A DNA stretch of 58,979 nucleotides from Candidatus Cloacimonadota bacterium (GCA_018400535.1 JAGYMQ010000090.1:1-58979), one strand, 5' to 3'. Counted from the stretch's first letter, positions 1-11,371 are shown. Numbers and translations: made by a program. The notes: a model not told the origin generated them from the letters alone.

Positions 1-51
1 GAAGGCGGCAGAACTATCGGAGCTGGCGTCGTTAGCGAAATATACGAATAA
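1..51 (+). CDS. tuf: Elongation factor Tu, C-terminal fragment (gene begins upstream of window)
   Basis: Frame 1 reads [16 protein letters not shown] then TAA at 49-51, matching the conserved EF-Tu C-terminus. It lies directly upstream of rpsJ, as in the canonical tuf-S10 junction. Confidence 0.85.
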   Translation, partial: EGGRTIGAGVVSEIYE

Positions 52-68
52 GCAAAGCGGAGGAAATA

Positions 69-389
69 GTGGCAAAAAAGAAAATTGATGACCGTATTAG
101 AATAAAATTGAAAGCATACGATTATCGTTTGCTGGATAAATCTGTTGCTGAGATCATAAATAATACTAAAAACACAGGAGCTCGCATTGTCGGGCCGATA
201 CCGCTTCCCACAGATAAATCAATTTACACGGTATTGAAATCTCCACATGTGAATAAAAAAGCTCAGGAGCAATTTGAAATGCGCGTTCATAAAAGATTGA
301 TCGATATTGTTAATCCTACACCGCAGACAACAGGAGCATTGAAAAAGCTAAATTTACCAGCAGGTGTTCATGTGGAAATCAAAACTTAA
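69..389 (+). CDS. rpsJ: 30S ribosomal protein S10
   Basis: 106 aa with [15 protein letters not shown]...[12 protein letters not shown], typical of S10. GTG start at 69. First gene of the S10 operon order. Confidence 0.97.
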   Translation: MAKKKIDDRIRIKLKAYDYRLLDKSVAEIINNTKNTGARIVGPIPLPTDKSIYTVLKSPHVNKKAQEQFEMRVHKRLIDIVNPTPQTTGALKKLNLPAGVHVEIKT

Positions 390-401
390 AGGAGTCAGCA
401 A

Positions 402-1025
402 ATGATAGGATTGATCGGAAAAAAAATCGGAATGACACAGATTTTTGCAGAAAATGGAGATAGAATTCCTGTGACTGTTATTAAAGCGGGACCCTGTCGT
501 GTCGTTCATCGTAAAACAAAAGAAAAACACGGATATGATGCTGTGCAGCTCGGATTTGAAGAAGTTGAAGAAAAGAAAATTAATAAAAGCCAGATTGGCC
601 ATTTCAAAAAACATAATAGTCCAAATTATCGTTATCTCAAAGAATTTCGTTTACGGATGTATAAAGATATTGCAGAAGGTGAAGAATTCAACGTCAGTAT
701 GTTCAGAGAAAATGAAATTCTGGAAATATCAGGCACTTCCAAAGGAAAAGGATTCACTGGCGTCATGAAAAGACACAAATTTCACGGATTCAAAGCAACG
801 CATGGTGTTCATGAATCATATCGCGGACCGGGAGCTATTGGACAATGTGCTACTCCGTCCCGAGTTCACAAAGGGAAAAAGATGCCAGGACATGCTGGCA
901 TGAAAAAAGTATCTTTCTTGAACGCAAAAGTTGTCAAAGTGAACATTGATAAAAACCTGGTGATGATAAAAGGTGCTATCCCCGGTCATCGAAATGGTAT
1001 TGTCCGACTTAGAAAAGAAGTTTAA
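402..1025 (+). CDS. rplC: 50S ribosomal protein L3
   Basis: 207 aa. The N-terminus [15 protein letters not shown] is the L3 signature. Synteny after rpsJ. Confidence 0.97.
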   Translation: MIGLIGKKIGMTQIFAENGDRIPVTVIKAGPCRVVHRKTKEKHGYDAVQLGFEEVEEKKINKSQIGHFKKHNSPNYRYLKEFRLRMYKDIAEGEEFNVSMFRENEILEISGTSKGKGFTGVMKRHKFHGFKATHGVHESYRGPGAIGQCATPSRVHKGKKMPGHAGMKKVSFLNAKVVKVNIDKNLVMIKGAIPGHRNGIVRLRKEV

Positions 1026-1038
1026 TCTGGAGACATTA

Positions 1039-1674
1039 ATGTTAAAGGTAGATAAATATTCAATTAGCGGTGAAAAACTTGAACAAATAGAATTGCCAGA
1101 ATCTCTTTTTGCTGCACAATCTAAAAACAACAAAGCTGTTCTTTATGAAGTGATAAATCTCTTTTTGGCGAATCAAAGACACGGAACATCCTCAACGCAG
1201 ACAAGAGCAGAAGCGCACGGTAGCAAACGCAAATTATATCGGCAAAAAGGAACTGGAAATGCGCGGGCTGGAAATTTGCGAACGCCGATCCGTGTGGGCG
1301 GCGGAAGAGCTTTTGGTCCAAAACCTAAAAAATGGTATAAAAAGATTCCTCGCAAAAAGAAAAGATTGGCATTGAAGCTTGCTCTCACCCAAAGAGCTGA
1401 TAACCAGGAAATAATTATATTGGAAGATCTAAAATTTGATGAGCCCAATACCAAAAAAGCTTTGGAGATCATAAAGAAAATCGCTCCAGAAAAAGGCAGG
1501 AAACTACTACTCATTGATTCAAATGATCATAATATCATTAGATCTTTTAACAATATACCCAAAGTTGCGATGGGAAAAGCAGATTCAATTTTTGCCTATC
1601 AAATATTGAAGACTAAAAATCTGATCATCACAGAATCAGCACTGAAAAAAATGAAGGAGGTATTTGCCAAATGA
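1039..1674 (+). CDS. rplD: 50S ribosomal protein L4
   Basis: The track ORF is 973-1674. I chose the ATG at 1039 ([14 protein letters not shown]) because the earlier part overlaps rplC. The [11 protein letters not shown] motif is present. Stop is TGA. Confidence 0.93.
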   Translation: MLKVDKYSISGEKLEQIELPESLFAAQSKNNKAVLYEVINLFLANQRHGTSSTQTRAEAHGSKRKLYRQKGTGNARAGNLRTPIRVGGGRAFGPKPKKWYKKIPRKKKRLALKLALTQRADNQEIIILEDLKFDEPNTKKALEIIKKIAPEKGRKLLLIDSNDHNIIRSFNNIPKVAMGKADSIFAYQILKTKNLIITESALKKMKEVFAK

Positions 1675-1958
1675 AACAACCAAGAGAAATATTGATCGCA
1701 CCGATCATCACCGAGAAATCTTCTTCATTACAAGCAGCCTATAATTCATACACTTTTCGCGTCAGTAAAAATGCCAATAAAATTGAGATCAAAAAGGCAA
1801 TTGAAAAGACATTTAATGTAACTGTCTTGAAGGTGAATACAATCCGGCAACGAGGAAAGGTCAAAAGAATGGGAAGATTTTCCGGAAAAAGAGCAGATTG
1901 GAAAAAAGCAATCGTGAGATTGAAAACGGGCGATTCCATTGCAGAATTTGAAGCGTAA
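1671..1958 (+). CDS. rplW: 50S ribosomal protein L23
   Basis: 95 aa. ATGA overlap with the rplD stop. PIITEKS...YTFRV is L23-like. Synteny supports the call. Confidence 0.95.
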   Translation: MKQPREILIAPIITEKSSSLQAAYNSYTFRVSKNANKIEIKKAIEKTFNVTVLKVNTIRQRGKVKRMGRFSGKRADWKKAIVRLKTGDSIAEFEA

Positions 1959-1969
1959 AGGGAGCTATT

Positions 1970-2812
1970 ATGGGAATCAAGACATATAAACCAATTAATC
2001 CGACAATGAGATATAAAACTGGATATACTTTTGATGAGATCACAAAAAAGAAACCAGAAAAATCTCTGACCAGACACAAACATCAAAAAGCAGGAAAAAA
2101 CCATCACGGCAGGATCACAGTTCGTCATCGCGGTGGCGGAAGCAAAAGACATTATCGCATCATAGATTTTAAAAGAGATAAGATAGATATTCCGGCGCGT
2201 GTCACATCAATTGAATATGATCCAAACCGCAGCGCAAGAATAGCTCTGCTTTTCTATCAAGATGGAGAAAAACGATATATTCTGGCGCCAAAAGATTTGA
2301 AAGTGAATGATCGAGTTATTACCAGCCCAAAGGCAGAGATAAAAGTTGGAAATGCTTTGCCACTTGATCGAATTCCACTCGGCACGATTATTCATAATAT
2401 TGAGTTGAAAGAAAGACAAGGTGGTAAAATCGCACGTAGCGCAGGCTCATATGCTCAGATCGTTGCCAAAGAAAAAAATTATGTTCATATCAAGATGCCT
2501 TCTGGCGATATTCATCTGATCAGAAAAGAATGTTTTGCCACGATTGGACAGGTGGGAAACTCCGAACATAATATGATCCAATATGGAAAAGCTGGTAGAA
2601 AAAGATGGCTCGGAATTCGACCAACTGTTCGTGGTGTAGCGATGAATCCCGTCGATCACCCGATGGGTGGCGGTGAAGCAAAAACTTCTGGTGGTGGTCA
2701 TCCCGTTTCACCTTGGGGAGTTTTGGCAAAGGGTGGACAAACACGCAAAAAGAAAAAGTATTCAGCGAAATATGTGATTAAAACCAAAAAGAAAAAGAAA
2801 AAAAATAAATAA
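1970..2812 (+). CDS. rplB: 50S ribosomal protein L2
   Basis: 280 aa with the [16 protein letters not shown] and [12 protein letters not shown] motifs. Confidence 0.97.
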   Translation: MGIKTYKPINPTMRYKTGYTFDEITKKKPEKSLTRHKHQKAGKNHHGRITVRHRGGGSKRHYRIIDFKRDKIDIPARVTSIEYDPNRSARIALLFYQDGEKRYILAPKDLKVNDRVITSPKAEIKVGNALPLDRIPLGTIIHNIELKERQGGKIARSAGSYAQIVAKEKNYVHIKMPSGDIHLIRKECFATIGQVGNSEHNMIQYGKAGRKRWLGIRPTVRGVAMNPVDHPMGGGEAKTSGGGHPVSPWGVLAKGGQTRKKKKYSAKYVIKTKKKKKKNK

Positions 2813-2824
2813 GAAGGAATAACT

Positions 2825-3103
2825 ATGGCTCGTTCGATTAAAAAAGGACCTTTTGTCGATCAACATCTCGAAAAAAAAGTCGATGAGATGAATAAAAAAA
2901 ATAAGAAACAAGTCATCAAAACCTGGTCAAGAAGGTCAACGATTCTGCCAAAATTTGTAGAACATACCTTTGCCGTTCATAATGGACGCAAATTCGTACC
3001 CGTTTATGTTACAGAAAATATGGTGGGTCACAAACTGGGGGAATTTTCTCCAACCCGAACATACCGTGGTCACAGAGTAGGAAAAGAAACGAAGAAAAGA
3101 TAA
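2825..3103 (+). CDS. rpsS: 30S ribosomal protein S19
   Basis: 92 aa with [12 protein letters not shown] and [23 protein letters not shown]. Confidence 0.97.
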   Translation: MARSIKKGPFVDQHLEKKVDEMNKKNKKQVIKTWSRRSTILPKFVEHTFAVHNGRKFVPVYVTENMVGHKLGEFSPTRTYRGHRVGKETKKR

Positions 3104-3119
3104 AATGGGAGCTTAACTA

Positions 3120-3482
3120 ATGGAAGCAATAGCAAAAGTAAAAAATCTGAGAGGTTCAGCACGAAAAGCAAGATTAGTTCTTGATCTAATTCGCGGCAAG
3201 TCTGTGCCTGTTGCTCAAAACATATTGCTTTTTTCAAAGAAAAGAGTAGCTTCTGATATTGCAAAATTGCTCAAATCTGCAATCGCAAATGCTGAAGTTA
3301 AAGAAGGTAAAACAGATATTGACGCTATGTATATCGATACTGTTTATGCTGATGATGGTCCGATCATGAAAAGGTATCGCCCTCGTGCGCAAGGAAGAGC
3401 GACTGTCATCCGAAGAAGAACATGCCATATCACGATGAAACTCAAAAACAAACAGGAGGAATTCAGTGGGTCAAAAAGTTAA
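3120..3482 (+). CDS. rplV: 50S ribosomal protein L22
   Basis: 120 aa. SARKARLVLDLIRGK is L22-like. Synteny supports the call. Confidence 0.95.
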   Translation: MEAIAKVKNLRGSARKARLVLDLIRGKSVPVAQNILLFSKKRVASDIAKLLKSAIANAEVKEGKTDIDAMYIDTVYADDGPIMKRYRPRAQGRATVIRRRTCHITMKLKNKQEEFSGSKS

Positions 3483-4113
3483 TCCAATTGGTTACAGAAT
3501 CGGCATAAACAAAAAGCAAGAATCTGTTTGGTTTGCACAAGGACAAGAATATATTGAAAATTTTCATGAAGATCTGAAAATAAAAAGATATATCAATAGA
3601 AGATTAGAAGATGCCATGATCTCCAAGATAAAAATTTCTCGTAAGACAAAATCCATCACGATCGATATCAGCACTGCTCGTCCCGGCCAAGTCATCGGAA
3701 GAAAAGGTTCTGAAATCGATAAATTGAGAAATGAGCTCAACGTCTTGATCAATAAAAATAAGAAAGTTAAACTTAATGTCCTGGTCAATGTGACTGAAGT
3801 GAAAAATCTCTGGCTGGATGCAGCGCTGGTGGGAATGGAGATCGGTAATCAATTGAAACGCCGAATATCTTTTCGTCGAGCAATGAAATTTGCGATCCGC
3901 AACACAATGAAAAATGGTGCGCAGGGTATCAAAGTGCAATGTGCAGGTAGATTGGGTGGAGCAGAGATGGCTCGCACAGAAAGATATCACGAAGGAAGAA
4001 CACCATTGCATACATTGAGAGCAGACATTGATTATGCTCTCACAAAAGTTGAGACTGAATATGGAATAATTGGCGTAAAAGTTTGGGTCTATAAAGGCGA
4101 TATTCTCGATTAG
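3466..4113 (+). CDS. rpsC: 30S ribosomal protein S3
   Basis: 215 aa. GTG start. N-terminus [12 protein letters not shown] and a KH-domain region. Confidence 0.96.
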   Translation: MGQKVNPIGYRIGINKKQESVWFAQGQEYIENFHEDLKIKRYINRRLEDAMISKIKISRKTKSITIDISTARPGQVIGRKGSEIDKLRNELNVLINKNKKVKLNVLVNVTEVKNLWLDAALVGMEIGNQLKRRISFRRAMKFAIRNTMKNGAQGIKVQCAGRLGGAEMARTERYHEGRTPLHTLRADIDYALTKVETEYGIIGVKVWVYKGDILD

Positions 4114-4124
4114 GAGATGAAACT

Positions 4125-4541
4125 ATGTTATCACCAAAAAAAGTTAAATATAGAAAAAAGCAAAAAGGTCGAAGAAGAGGAAAAGCCTATCGTGGTTCCA
4201 GCTTGAGTTTCGGGGATTATGGTATTTTGGCACTCGAAGCAGGATGGATAACCAGTCGTCAAATAGAGGCTGCACGTGTGGTCATCACTCGACAAATGAA
4301 AAGAGCTGGTAAATTATGGTTGCGTATCTTTCCAGATAAACCGATCACCAAAAAGCCTGCTGAAACAAGAATGGGAAAAGGAAAAGGCGTTCCAGAATAT
4401 TGGGTCGCAGTCGTCAAACCAGGCAGGATCCTATTTGAATTTGAAGGCGTGGATGTTTCCATCGCCCGCCGAGCTGCCCGTCTTGTTAACTATAAATTGC
4501 CGGTCAAAACAAGAATAGTTATCAGAGAAGGAGCAGAATAA
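4125..4541 (+). CDS. rplP: 50S ribosomal protein L16
   Basis: 138 aa with [16 protein letters not shown] and RMGKGKG. Confidence 0.97.
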   Translation: MLSPKKVKYRKKQKGRRRGKAYRGSSLSFGDYGILALEAGWITSRQIEAARVVITRQMKRAGKLWLRIFPDKPITKKPAETRMGKGKGVPEYWVAVVKPGRILFEFEGVDVSIARRAARLVNYKLPVKTRIVIREGAE

Positions 4542-4738
4542 TGAAAGCTTCCGAAATTCGCGATTTGACTTTAGAAGAAATGCAGCAGCAATTGCAAGAT
4601 TCTGAAGAAGAATTATTTAATTTGCGCTTTCAACAATCAATGAACAGATTGGAAAATGCTGATAGGATCAAACGTGTTCGCAAAGATATTGCCAGATTAA
4701 AGACAATCATCACAGAAAAAGAAAAAGATATTAGATAA
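4541..4738 (+). CDS. rpmC: 50S ribosomal protein L29
   Basis: 65 aa. EELFNLRFQ is L29-like. Its start overlaps the rplP stop. Confidence 0.94.
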   Translation: MKASEIRDLTLEEMQQQLQDSEEELFNLRFQQSMNRLENADRIKRVRKDIARLKTIITEKEKDIR

Positions 4739-4748
4739 AGAGGATAAC

Positions 4749-5000
4749 ATGGCAAAAACGAAAGCTACAAAAATCGGCATTGTTGTGAGTGATAAAATGG
4801 ATAAGACCATTGTTGTCAACGTCGAAAGGCAATTCAAACATCCATTGTATAAAAAGATAGTTAGAAAGAATAAAAAGTTTAAAGCTCACGATGAAAAAAA
4901 TGAGTGTAATATCGGAGACAAAGTAGAAATTGTCGAAAGTAAACCGATCAGCAAACAAAAAAAATGGGCTTTAAAACAGATAATTGAACGTAGAAAATAA
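4749..5000 (+). CDS. rpsQ: 30S ribosomal protein S17
   Basis: 83 aa. [14 protein letters not shown]...HPLYKK is S17-like. Confidence 0.95.
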   Translation: MAKTKATKIGIVVSDKMDKTIVVNVERQFKHPLYKKIVRKNKKFKAHDEKNECNIGDKVEIVESKPISKQKKWALKQIIERRK

Positions 5001-5011
5001 AGGAGTTTGCT

Positions 5012-5380
5012 ATGATCCAAGCTCAAACTAAATTAACCGTCGCAGATAATTCCGGAGCAAAAAAAGCTCAATGCGTCAAAGTTATTGGCGGTTCTGCCAG
5101 AAGATATGCCAGTATCGGCGATGAAATTATCGTGGCGATCAAGACGGCTATTCCTAATAGCAAAATAAAAAAAGGGACTTTGCAACGAGCAGTCATCGTG
5201 AGAACCAGCAAAGAAATTTCCAGAAAAGATGGATCTTACATCAAATTTCAAGATAATGCTGCTGTTATCATCGATGAAAGAGGAGAACCGATCGCTACCC
5301 GTATCTTTGGTCCAGTAGCACGAGAATTGCGCGAGAAGCATTATTCTAAGATCATTTCTCTGGCACCAGAGGTTTTGTAG
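5012..5380 (+). CDS. rplN: 50S ribosomal protein L14
   Basis: 122 aa with [17 protein letters not shown]. Confidence 0.97.
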   Translation: MIQAQTKLTVADNSGAKKAQCVKVIGGSARRYASIGDEIIVAIKTAIPNSKIKKGTLQRAVIVRTSKEISRKDGSYIKFQDNAAVIIDERGEPIATRIFGPVARELREKHYSKIISLAPEVL

Positions 5381-5388
5381 GAGTTAAT

Positions 5389-5715
5389 ATGGCAAATAAG
5401 AAAAACAAAATGCGGATTAAAAAAGGTGATACTGTTGTTGTTATCTCAGGAGAATACAAAAACGTGAAAGGTCAAGTTCTGAAAGCTTTACCAAAAACTA
5501 ATCGGGTGATCGTGGAAAAGGTTAATATGATCAAAAAACATGTTCGTCCCAATCAACAGAATCAGCAAGGTGGCATCATCGAGCAAGAATCACCGATACA
5601 TGTATCCAATGTGAAGCTTTTCAATGATAAGATCGATGATGTGACAAGAGCGGTTTTTAAAAAAGTGAAAGATTCCAGGATCAGAGTTTGTCAAAAAACA
5701 GGTGATGAGATCTAA
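5389..5715 (+). CDS. rplX: 50S ribosomal protein L24
   Basis: 108 aa. KOW motif IKKGDTVVVISGEYKNVKGQV. Confidence 0.95.
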   Translation: MANKKNKMRIKKGDTVVVISGEYKNVKGQVLKALPKTNRVIVEKVNMIKKHVRPNQQNQQGGIIEQESPIHVSNVKLFNDKIDDVTRAVFKKVKDSRIRVCQKTGDEI

Positions 5716-5730
5716 AAAAGGAGCATCAAA

Positions 5731-6270
5731 ATGAATAGACTACACAAGAAATTCAAAGAAGAAGTCATTCCTGAAATGATGAAGCAATTTGAATACAAGA
5801 ATGTGAACCAAGTTCCCAAGCTGGCAAAGATCTCTTTGAATATGTCGGTGGGTGAAGCCACCGAAAATAAGGCACTTTTGGATAATGCTGTGAAAGAAAT
5901 GATCCAGATATCTGGTAGGAAACCAATCATCACAAAAGCAAAGAAATCGATTTCGAATTTCAAATTGCGAGAAGGTATGCCGATCGGTTGCAAGGTAACT
6001 TTGCGCCGTGAGATAATGTATGAATTTTTGGATAGATTGATATCGATCTATATTCCTCGCGTCAGAGACTTTCGCGGCGTCTCTCCTAAATCTTTTGACG
6101 GTCGCGGAAATTATACGCTGGGAATAAAAGAACAAACGATCTTTCCTGAAATAGATTATGATAATATCGATGCCCTCAGAGGTTTGGGAATTTCAATCAT
6201 AACAACTGCGGAGACTGATGACGAAGCGCGTGAATTGCTTCGAAAACTTGGTTACCCTTTAAAAAAGTGA
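5731..6270 (+). CDS. rplE: 50S ribosomal protein L5
   Basis: 179 aa. [20 protein letters not shown] is L5-like. Confidence 0.96.
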   Translation: MNRLHKKFKEEVIPEMMKQFEYKNVNQVPKLAKISLNMSVGEATENKALLDNAVKEMIQISGRKPIITKAKKSISNFKLREGMPIGCKVTLRREIMYEFLDRLISIYIPRVRDFRGVSPKSFDGRGNYTLGIKEQTIFPEIDYDNIDALRGLGISIITTAETDDEARELLRKLGYPLKK

Positions 6271-6286
6271 AATAAAAGGAGTCATT

Positions 6287-6472
6287 TTGGCAAAAAAATC
6301 TTGGGTTGTAAAACAAAAAAGAGAACCAAAATTCTCTACCCGGAAATATAGCAGATGTAAAGTTTGTGGACGTTCCAGAGCATATATGAGAGATTTTGGT
6401 ATCTGTCGTATTTGTTTCAGAAAATTAGCTTCGGAAGGTAAGATCCCCGGAGTGAAAAAAGCAAGTTGGTAA
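6287..6472 (+). CDS. rpsN: 30S ribosomal protein S14, type Z (zinc-ribbon form)
   Basis: 61 aa. TTG start. Cys pairs in [21 protein letters not shown]. Confidence 0.95.
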   Translation: MAKKSWVVKQKREPKFSTRKYSRCKVCGRSRAYMRDFGICRICFRKLASEGKIPGVKKASW

Positions 6473-6484
6473 AAGGAGAAAATA

Positions 6485-6898
6485 ATGAGTTTAACTGATC
6501 CGATCGCTGATGCTATTACTAAGATCAGGAACGCATATCGGGCCGATCATAAGACTGTGGCAATCAATTTTAGCAAGATCAATGAAGCGATTGCAAAAAT
6601 CTTGGATGAAGAAAATTTTATTAATAGTTATGAACTTTACGAACGAGATGTCAGAAAAAACATCACTCGCAAAAAAATCTTTATAAATCTGCGATACACA
6701 AATAGTGGTAAACCAGTACTAAAAGGAATCGAGAGAGTGAGCAAACCAGGTTTGCGTGTTTATGTGAATTCAAAAAATATTCCTTCCGTCTATAATAATA
6801 CGGGTTGTGCGATCATTTCCACCAGTAGAGGTGTGATGGTTGATCGTGATGCCAGAAAAGAAAAAGTCGGCGGAGAATATATCTGTAAAGTCTGGTAG
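6485..6898 (+). CDS. rpsH: 30S ribosomal protein S8
   Basis: 137 aa with MSLTDPIADAITKIRNA. Confidence 0.96.
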   Translation: MSLTDPIADAITKIRNAYRADHKTVAINFSKINEAIAKILDEENFINSYELYERDVRKNITRKKIFINLRYTNSGKPVLKGIERVSKPGLRVYVNSKNIPSVYNNTGCAIISTSRGVMVDRDARKEKVGGEYICKVW

Positions 6899-6907
6899 GG
6901 AGGAAAT

Positions 6908-7486
6908 ATGTCACGAATTGGAAATACTCCTGTTAAGTTCAACAAAGATCTAAAAATCAATATTAAAAATGATCAGATCACGATCTCCGGTAAAAAAGGA
7001 GAATTGTCTTGTGAGATAAAAAAAGGCATCAGTATCAAACAGCAAAATGATGAATTGATCGTGGAAAGAAGTGATGATTCCAAACAACAAAAATCTTTTC
7101 ACGGTTTGGTTCGTTCACTGATCCAAAATATGATCATTGGGCTCACTGAAGGTTATATCAAAGAATTGCAGGTTATCGGAACTGGATACACAGCAGAGAT
7201 CCTTGGTCCTTGGCTACGTCTGAATGTGGGTTTTGCTCATGATATTTTGCTGGAGATACCTGATAGTATCACGGTCGAAGCAGAAACTGTGCCCCGACGA
7301 GAACAAGGTCCTTTGGGTGTGCAGGCAAAGATCAAGGTGAGTGGAATAGATAAAGAAGTTGTCGGAAAATTTGCCGCTGAGATAAAAAGCTGTCGTCCGC
7401 CGATCAATTATGCAACTGGAAAGGGCATCAGATTCAAAGGTGAATATGTCCGTATCAAGCCAGGTAAGACAGCGCAAACGGCATAA
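6908..7486 (+). CDS. rplF: 50S ribosomal protein L6
   Basis: 192 aa. MSRIGNTPV start and two L6 repeats. Confidence 0.95.
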   Translation: MSRIGNTPVKFNKDLKINIKNDQITISGKKGELSCEIKKGISIKQQNDELIVERSDDSKQQKSFHGLVRSLIQNMIIGLTEGYIKELQVIGTGYTAEILGPWLRLNVGFAHDILLEIPDSITVEAETVPRREQGPLGVQAKIKVSGIDKEVVGKFAAEIKSCRPPINYATGKGIRFKGEYVRIKPGKTAQTA

Positions 7487-7496
7487 TGAGGTAATC

Positions 7497-7871
7497 ATGA
7501 AAAAAAAGAGATCTGAACAAAAAAAGATATATAATCGCAGAAAACGTAAATATTCGATAAGAAAGAAAATATTTGGGACAAAAGATGCTCCAAGATTATC
7601 AGTTTATCGAAGTCTAAAAAATATAAGCGCTCAATTGATCGATGATGCAAATAGCAAAACATTGTTAAGCTTATCTACAAACTCGAAAGATATTAAGATC
7701 GACAAATCAAAAAAGAAAGTAGAGCAAAGTTTCGAGCTGGGCAAAAAATTCGGGGAGATTGCCAAAAAAGAAAATATCGACAAAATAAAATTTGATCGTA
7801 ATGGCTATCTTTTTCATGGTAGAGTGAAAGCTCTTGCTGATGGTATGCGTAAAGCAGGCTTGAAATTTTAG
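7497..7871 (+). CDS. rplR: 50S ribosomal protein L18
   Basis: The track ORF is 7410-7871. I chose the ATG at 7497 because the earlier part overlaps rpl[20 protein letters not shown] is L18-like. Confidence 0.92.
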   Translation: MKKKRSEQKKIYNRRKRKYSIRKKIFGTKDAPRLSVYRSLKNISAQLIDDANSKTLLSLSTNSKDIKIDKSKKKVEQSFELGKKFGEIAKKENIDKIKFDRNGYLFHGRVKALADGMRKAGLKF

Positions 7872-7879
7872 GAGGAACT

Positions 7880-8443
7880 TTGAAACATAGACAGAAACAA
7901 AAAAAGAACAAAAAACACAATCAACAAGAAAGCCAGTATGAAGTAGAAAAATTGGTCAGCACGAATCGTGTGGCTAAGGTCGTGAAAGGCGGCAGAAATT
8001 TTAGCTTCAATGCCACTGTAGTGGTTGGAAATAAAAATGGTGAAGTCGGTGTCGGTGTCGGTAAAGCAAATGAGATCGTTTATGCGATCAACAAGGCGAA
8101 AGAACGGGCTGGCAAAGATATGTTTCGAGTTCCTATTGTGAATGGCACGATCCCGCACGAATATATTGGAAAATTTGGATCAAGCCGAATACTACTTAAA
8201 CCAGCATCACCAGGAACAGGAATTATTGCTGGTGGACCTGCTCGCGCAATTCTGGAAGCAGCTGGTGTGGAAAATATCCTCACAAAATCTTTGGGCTCAA
8301 ACACGCCTTCAAACGTTGTTAAAGCTTGTGTGAATGGTTTGAAAAATCTGCGCACAATATCGCAAGTAGCAAAATTAAGAAATAAAACAGTCGCAGAATT
8401 GACTGGTCAAGAAAAAAAGTCTGATCAGGAGGAAACAGAATGA
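7880..8443 (+). CDS. rpsE: 30S ribosomal protein S5 (with about 20-aa basic N-terminal extension)
   Basis: 187 aa. TTG start. [25 protein letters not shown] is the S5 core. Confidence 0.95.
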   Translation: MKHRQKQKKNKKHNQQESQYEVEKLVSTNRVAKVVKGGRNFSFNATVVVGNKNGEVGVGVGKANEIVYAINKAKERAGKDMFRVPIVNGTIPHEYIGKFGSSRILLKPASPGTGIIAGGPARAILEAAGVENILTKSLGSNTPSNVVKACVNGLKNLRTISQVAKLRNKTVAELTGQEKKSDQEETE

Positions 8444-8781
8444 AACTGAAAATTACGCAAATTCGCAGTACGATCGGGCGCAAAGAAGATCAAAAAAGAA
8501 CGATAACTGCATTGGGTTTGGGCAAGATCAGGCGAACGAAGATTCATGATGACAATTCTGTGATCAGAGGAATGATCAACAAAGTTTCACATTTGCTTTC
8601 TGTCGAAGAGTTTGAAGAAGATATGATCTCTGATAAAAAAAATGAGAGCGTTTCATCCCAAAATGAAAAAAACACAGAAATTGAACAAGCAGGATTTGAA
8701 GACGAATTAGAATCCAAAATCAATGATTCAGCAAAAGAGACGACAGAGCAAGACAATAGCGAAGTAATTGATAAAGAGTAG
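8440..8781 (+). CDS. rpmD: 50S ribosomal protein L30 with an acidic C-terminal extension of about 55 aa
   Basis: Residues 1-57 ([29 protein letters not shown]...VSHLL) form an L30 fold-length core. The ORF then continues in frame to 113 aa through an E/D/S-rich tail. Confidence 0.9.
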   Translation: MKLKITQIRSTIGRKEDQKRTITALGLGKIRRTKIHDDNSVIRGMINKVSHLLSVEEFEEDMISDKKNESVSSQNEKNTEIEQAGFEDELESKINDSAKETTEQDNSEVIDKE

Positions 8782-8795
8782 TTGAATAAGGAGAA

Positions 8796-9251
8796 ATGAT
8801 GAATCTTCATGAAATGAAAAGACCGAAGATCAAAAAAAATAAAAAAAGGCTTGGTAAAGGTCATGGTAGTGGCTGGGGTGGCACTTCTGGCAAAGGTCAT
8901 AAAGGACAAAAGTCTCGTTCTGGAGGAAATATTCCTGCCTGGTTTGAAGGTGGACAAATGCCTTTGCAAAGAAGATTACCCAAGCGCGGATTCAATAATC
9001 GTAATAAACAAGATTATCGGATCGTGAATCTATATACTTTACAGAAGATCGATAAAACAGAATTTGATATTTCACTACTTGAAGAATTGCATTTGATCCG
9101 AAAAGCGCAGGCCAATGAAAAAGCACCTGTGAAGATTTTGGCGACAGGCTTCGAAATTTTTGATAAAAAGATATCGATCAAAGCGAATGCCTTTTCCCAA
9201 AAAGCAAAAGAAGTGATCGAAAGCAAAGGTGGCAAAGCGGAGGTAGTCTAA
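8796..9251 (+). CDS. rplO: 50S ribosomal protein L15
   Basis: 151 aa. KRLGKGHGSGWGGTSGKGHKGQKSRSG is L15-like. Confidence 0.95.
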   Translation: MMNLHEMKRPKIKKNKKRLGKGHGSGWGGTSGKGHKGQKSRSGGNIPAWFEGGQMPLQRRLPKRGFNNRNKQDYRIVNLYTLQKIDKTEFDISLLEELHLIRKAQANEKAPVKILATGFEIFDKKISIKANAFSQKAKEVIESKGGKAEVV

Positions 9252-9252
9252 A

Positions 9253-10560
9253 GTGTTAAAAAGTATTAGCAATATTTTTAAAATTCCCGATCTTAAGAAA
9301 AAAGTCCTATTCACCGCACTGATCTTGATCATTTACCGTTTGGGAAGTTTCATTCCAATCCCTGGCATAAATGCAAAAGCGATCGAAGAATTCATCGGTT
9401 CCGCTTCTCAAGGTGGAGGAAACTTGTTTGGTATGTTTGATCTCTTTGTGGGTGGAAATTTGGGAAGGGCCTCTGTTTTTGCTCTGGGTATCATGCCATA
9501 CATTACCACGTCGATCGTGATGCAGCTTTTGGGCGGCGTTATTCCGTTTTTTGAAAGATTGAAAAAAGAAGGCGCTGAAGGTCAAAAAAAGATCGCACAA
9601 TACACTCGTTATGGAACTGTCGTGGTTGCCAGCTTCAATGCTATCGGCATCACAATGTTTTTGCGGTCAATTGAAGGAGCTGTTTATAATCCAGGTTTCT
9701 TCTTCATTTTTACCAGCGTCCTCACAATGGTCACAGGCGTGATGTTCATTATGTGGCTGGGAGAACAGATCACAGAAAATGGGATCGGCAACGGAATATC
9801 TTTGATCATTTTTGCTGGAATCATTGCCCGTTATCCGCAAGGTTTCATCAGTATGTTTCAGATGGTGCAAGCTGGTGCGATGAGCATCTTCATGGTGGTT
9901 GCTGTCCTCGTTGTTATGATAGCAGTGACTGCTTCTGTTGTTTTGGTGACAGAAGGTGTGCGTAAAATTCCAGTTCAATATGCCAAAAGGATCGTAGGTA
10001 GAAAAGTGTATGGTGGACAGAGCACGCATATTCCTTTGAAAGTAAACACAGCAGGCGTGATCCCGATCATTTTTGCTCAGGCGATTTTGATGTTTCCCAG
10101 AACAATAGCGACCTTTTTTAAAGATAGTGATTTTATGAATACAATTGTGCAATTGCTATCACCTGGTGCATTTCTCTATACATTTTTCTATGTTGGATTA
10201 ATCATTTTCTTTGCCTATTTCTATACTGCAATGGTTCTCAATCCGATCGAAATGGCAGAGAATATGAAAAAATATGGTGGTTTTATTCCGGGTAGAAAAC
10301 CTGGTAAAAGAACTGCTGATTATATTAATAGCGTACTGGTTCGGATCACTTTACCTGGAGCGATCTTCTTTGCCTTTGTAGCGGTTCTTCCTCAATTTAT
10401 GCAGCAATGGGCAAATTTACCTTTCTATTTTGGTGGAACCGGATTGATCATTATTGTCGGTGTTGCTCTGGATACATTGCAACAGATCGAATCACAGCTC
10501 GTAATGCGTCACTACGATGGTTTTATGAAAAAAGGTAAGTTGCGTGGTAGAAAAGGTTAG
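9253..10560 (+). CDS. secY: Preprotein translocase subunit SecY
   Basis: 435 aa, polytopic. GTG start right after the rplO stop. GIMPYITTSIVMQLL is the SecY signature. Confidence 0.97.
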   Translation: MLKSISNIFKIPDLKKKVLFTALILIIYRLGSFIPIPGINAKAIEEFIGSASQGGGNLFGMFDLFVGGNLGRASVFALGIMPYITTSIVMQLLGGVIPFFERLKKEGAEGQKKIAQYTRYGTVVVASFNAIGITMFLRSIEGAVYNPGFFFIFTSVLTMVTGVMFIMWLGEQITENGIGNGISLIIFAGIIARYPQGFISMFQMVQAGAMSIFMVVAVLVVMIAVTASVVLVTEGVRKIPVQYAKRIVGRKVYGGQSTHIPLKVNTAGVIPIIFAQAILMFPRTIATFFKDSDFMNTIVQLLSPGAFLYTFFYVGLIIFFAYFYTAMVLNPIEMAENMKKYGGFIPGRKPGKRTADYINSVLVRITLPGAIFFAFVAVLPQFMQQWANLPFYFGGTGLIIIVGVALDTLQQIESQLVMRHYDGFMKKGKLRGRKG

Positions 10561-10596
10561 TTCTTTGAAAATGAATATGATAAAACGGGCGAGAAG

Positions 10597-11355
10597 ATGA
10601 TCGCGATAAAAAGTCAACAAGAAATTGAAAAAATGCGAGAAAGTAATCGCATCGTTGGTGATCTATTGGTCAATCTTAAAAAGGTTATTAAACCGGGAAT
10701 TTCTACGCTTCAAGTGGAAAAATATGCCAATAATTTCATTTTGGAACAAGGCGGTATTCCTGCTTTCAAAGGTTATTCCATACCTGGTCTATCTCCCTTT
10801 CCCGCGGCTATTTGTGCTTCGATCAATTCCTGCATTGTCCATGGTATTCCCAGAAAGGATGTGATCCTTGAAGAAGGTGATATTATCGGTGTGGATGTTG
10901 GCGTTCTTAAAGATGAATTTTATGGAGATGCAGCTTACACTTATCGTGTTGGCAATATCTCAGAGCGCGCAAATAAATTAATGCAGATCACAAAAGAAGC
11001 ATTAAATATCGGAATATCTCGTGCGAAAGTTGGTAATCGTGTGGGCGATATTTCCTACGCGATCGGGTCTTTCGTTGCAAAAAAGGGTTATTATGTTGCA
11101 GATAATTTGACAGGTCATGGAATCGGAAGAAATTTGCATGAAGATCCAATTGTTCCAAATAATGGATTTGCTGGTAAAGGACCTCGTTTGCGAAAAGGTA
11201 TGACAATAGCAATCGAACCGATGGTGAATATCGGAACGAATGAGGTTCTGGAAAATGGCTGGGAATTCTTTACTGGTGATGATTCATTGTCAGCGCATTT
11301 CGAAAAGACAATATTGATAACAAATGAAGAACCCGAAATTTTATCTATTTGGTAA
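10597..11355 (+). CDS. map: Type I methionine aminopeptidase
   Basis: 252 aa with the CASINSCIVHGIP, GDIIGVDVG and HGIGRNLHEDP metal-ligand motifs. Confidence 0.95.
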   Translation: MIAIKSQQEIEKMRESNRIVGDLLVNLKKVIKPGISTLQVEKYANNFILEQGGIPAFKGYSIPGLSPFPAAICASINSCIVHGIPRKDVILEEGDIIGVDVGVLKDEFYGDAAYTYRVGNISERANKLMQITKEALNIGISRAKVGNRVGDISYAIGSFVAKKGYYVADNLTGHGIGRNLHEDPIVPNNGFAGKGPRLRKGMTIAIEPMVNIGTNEVLENGWEFFTGDDSLSAHFEKTILITNEEPEILSIW

Positions 11356-11371
11356 AAAAGGATAATTTATT

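Noticed and set aside
10561-10596. Absence of adk between secY and map, and absence of rpsO/pnp after truB-ribF (radA follows instead).
   Set aside because: These are gene-order variants seen in many phyla. They are not evidence of anything unusual on their own.
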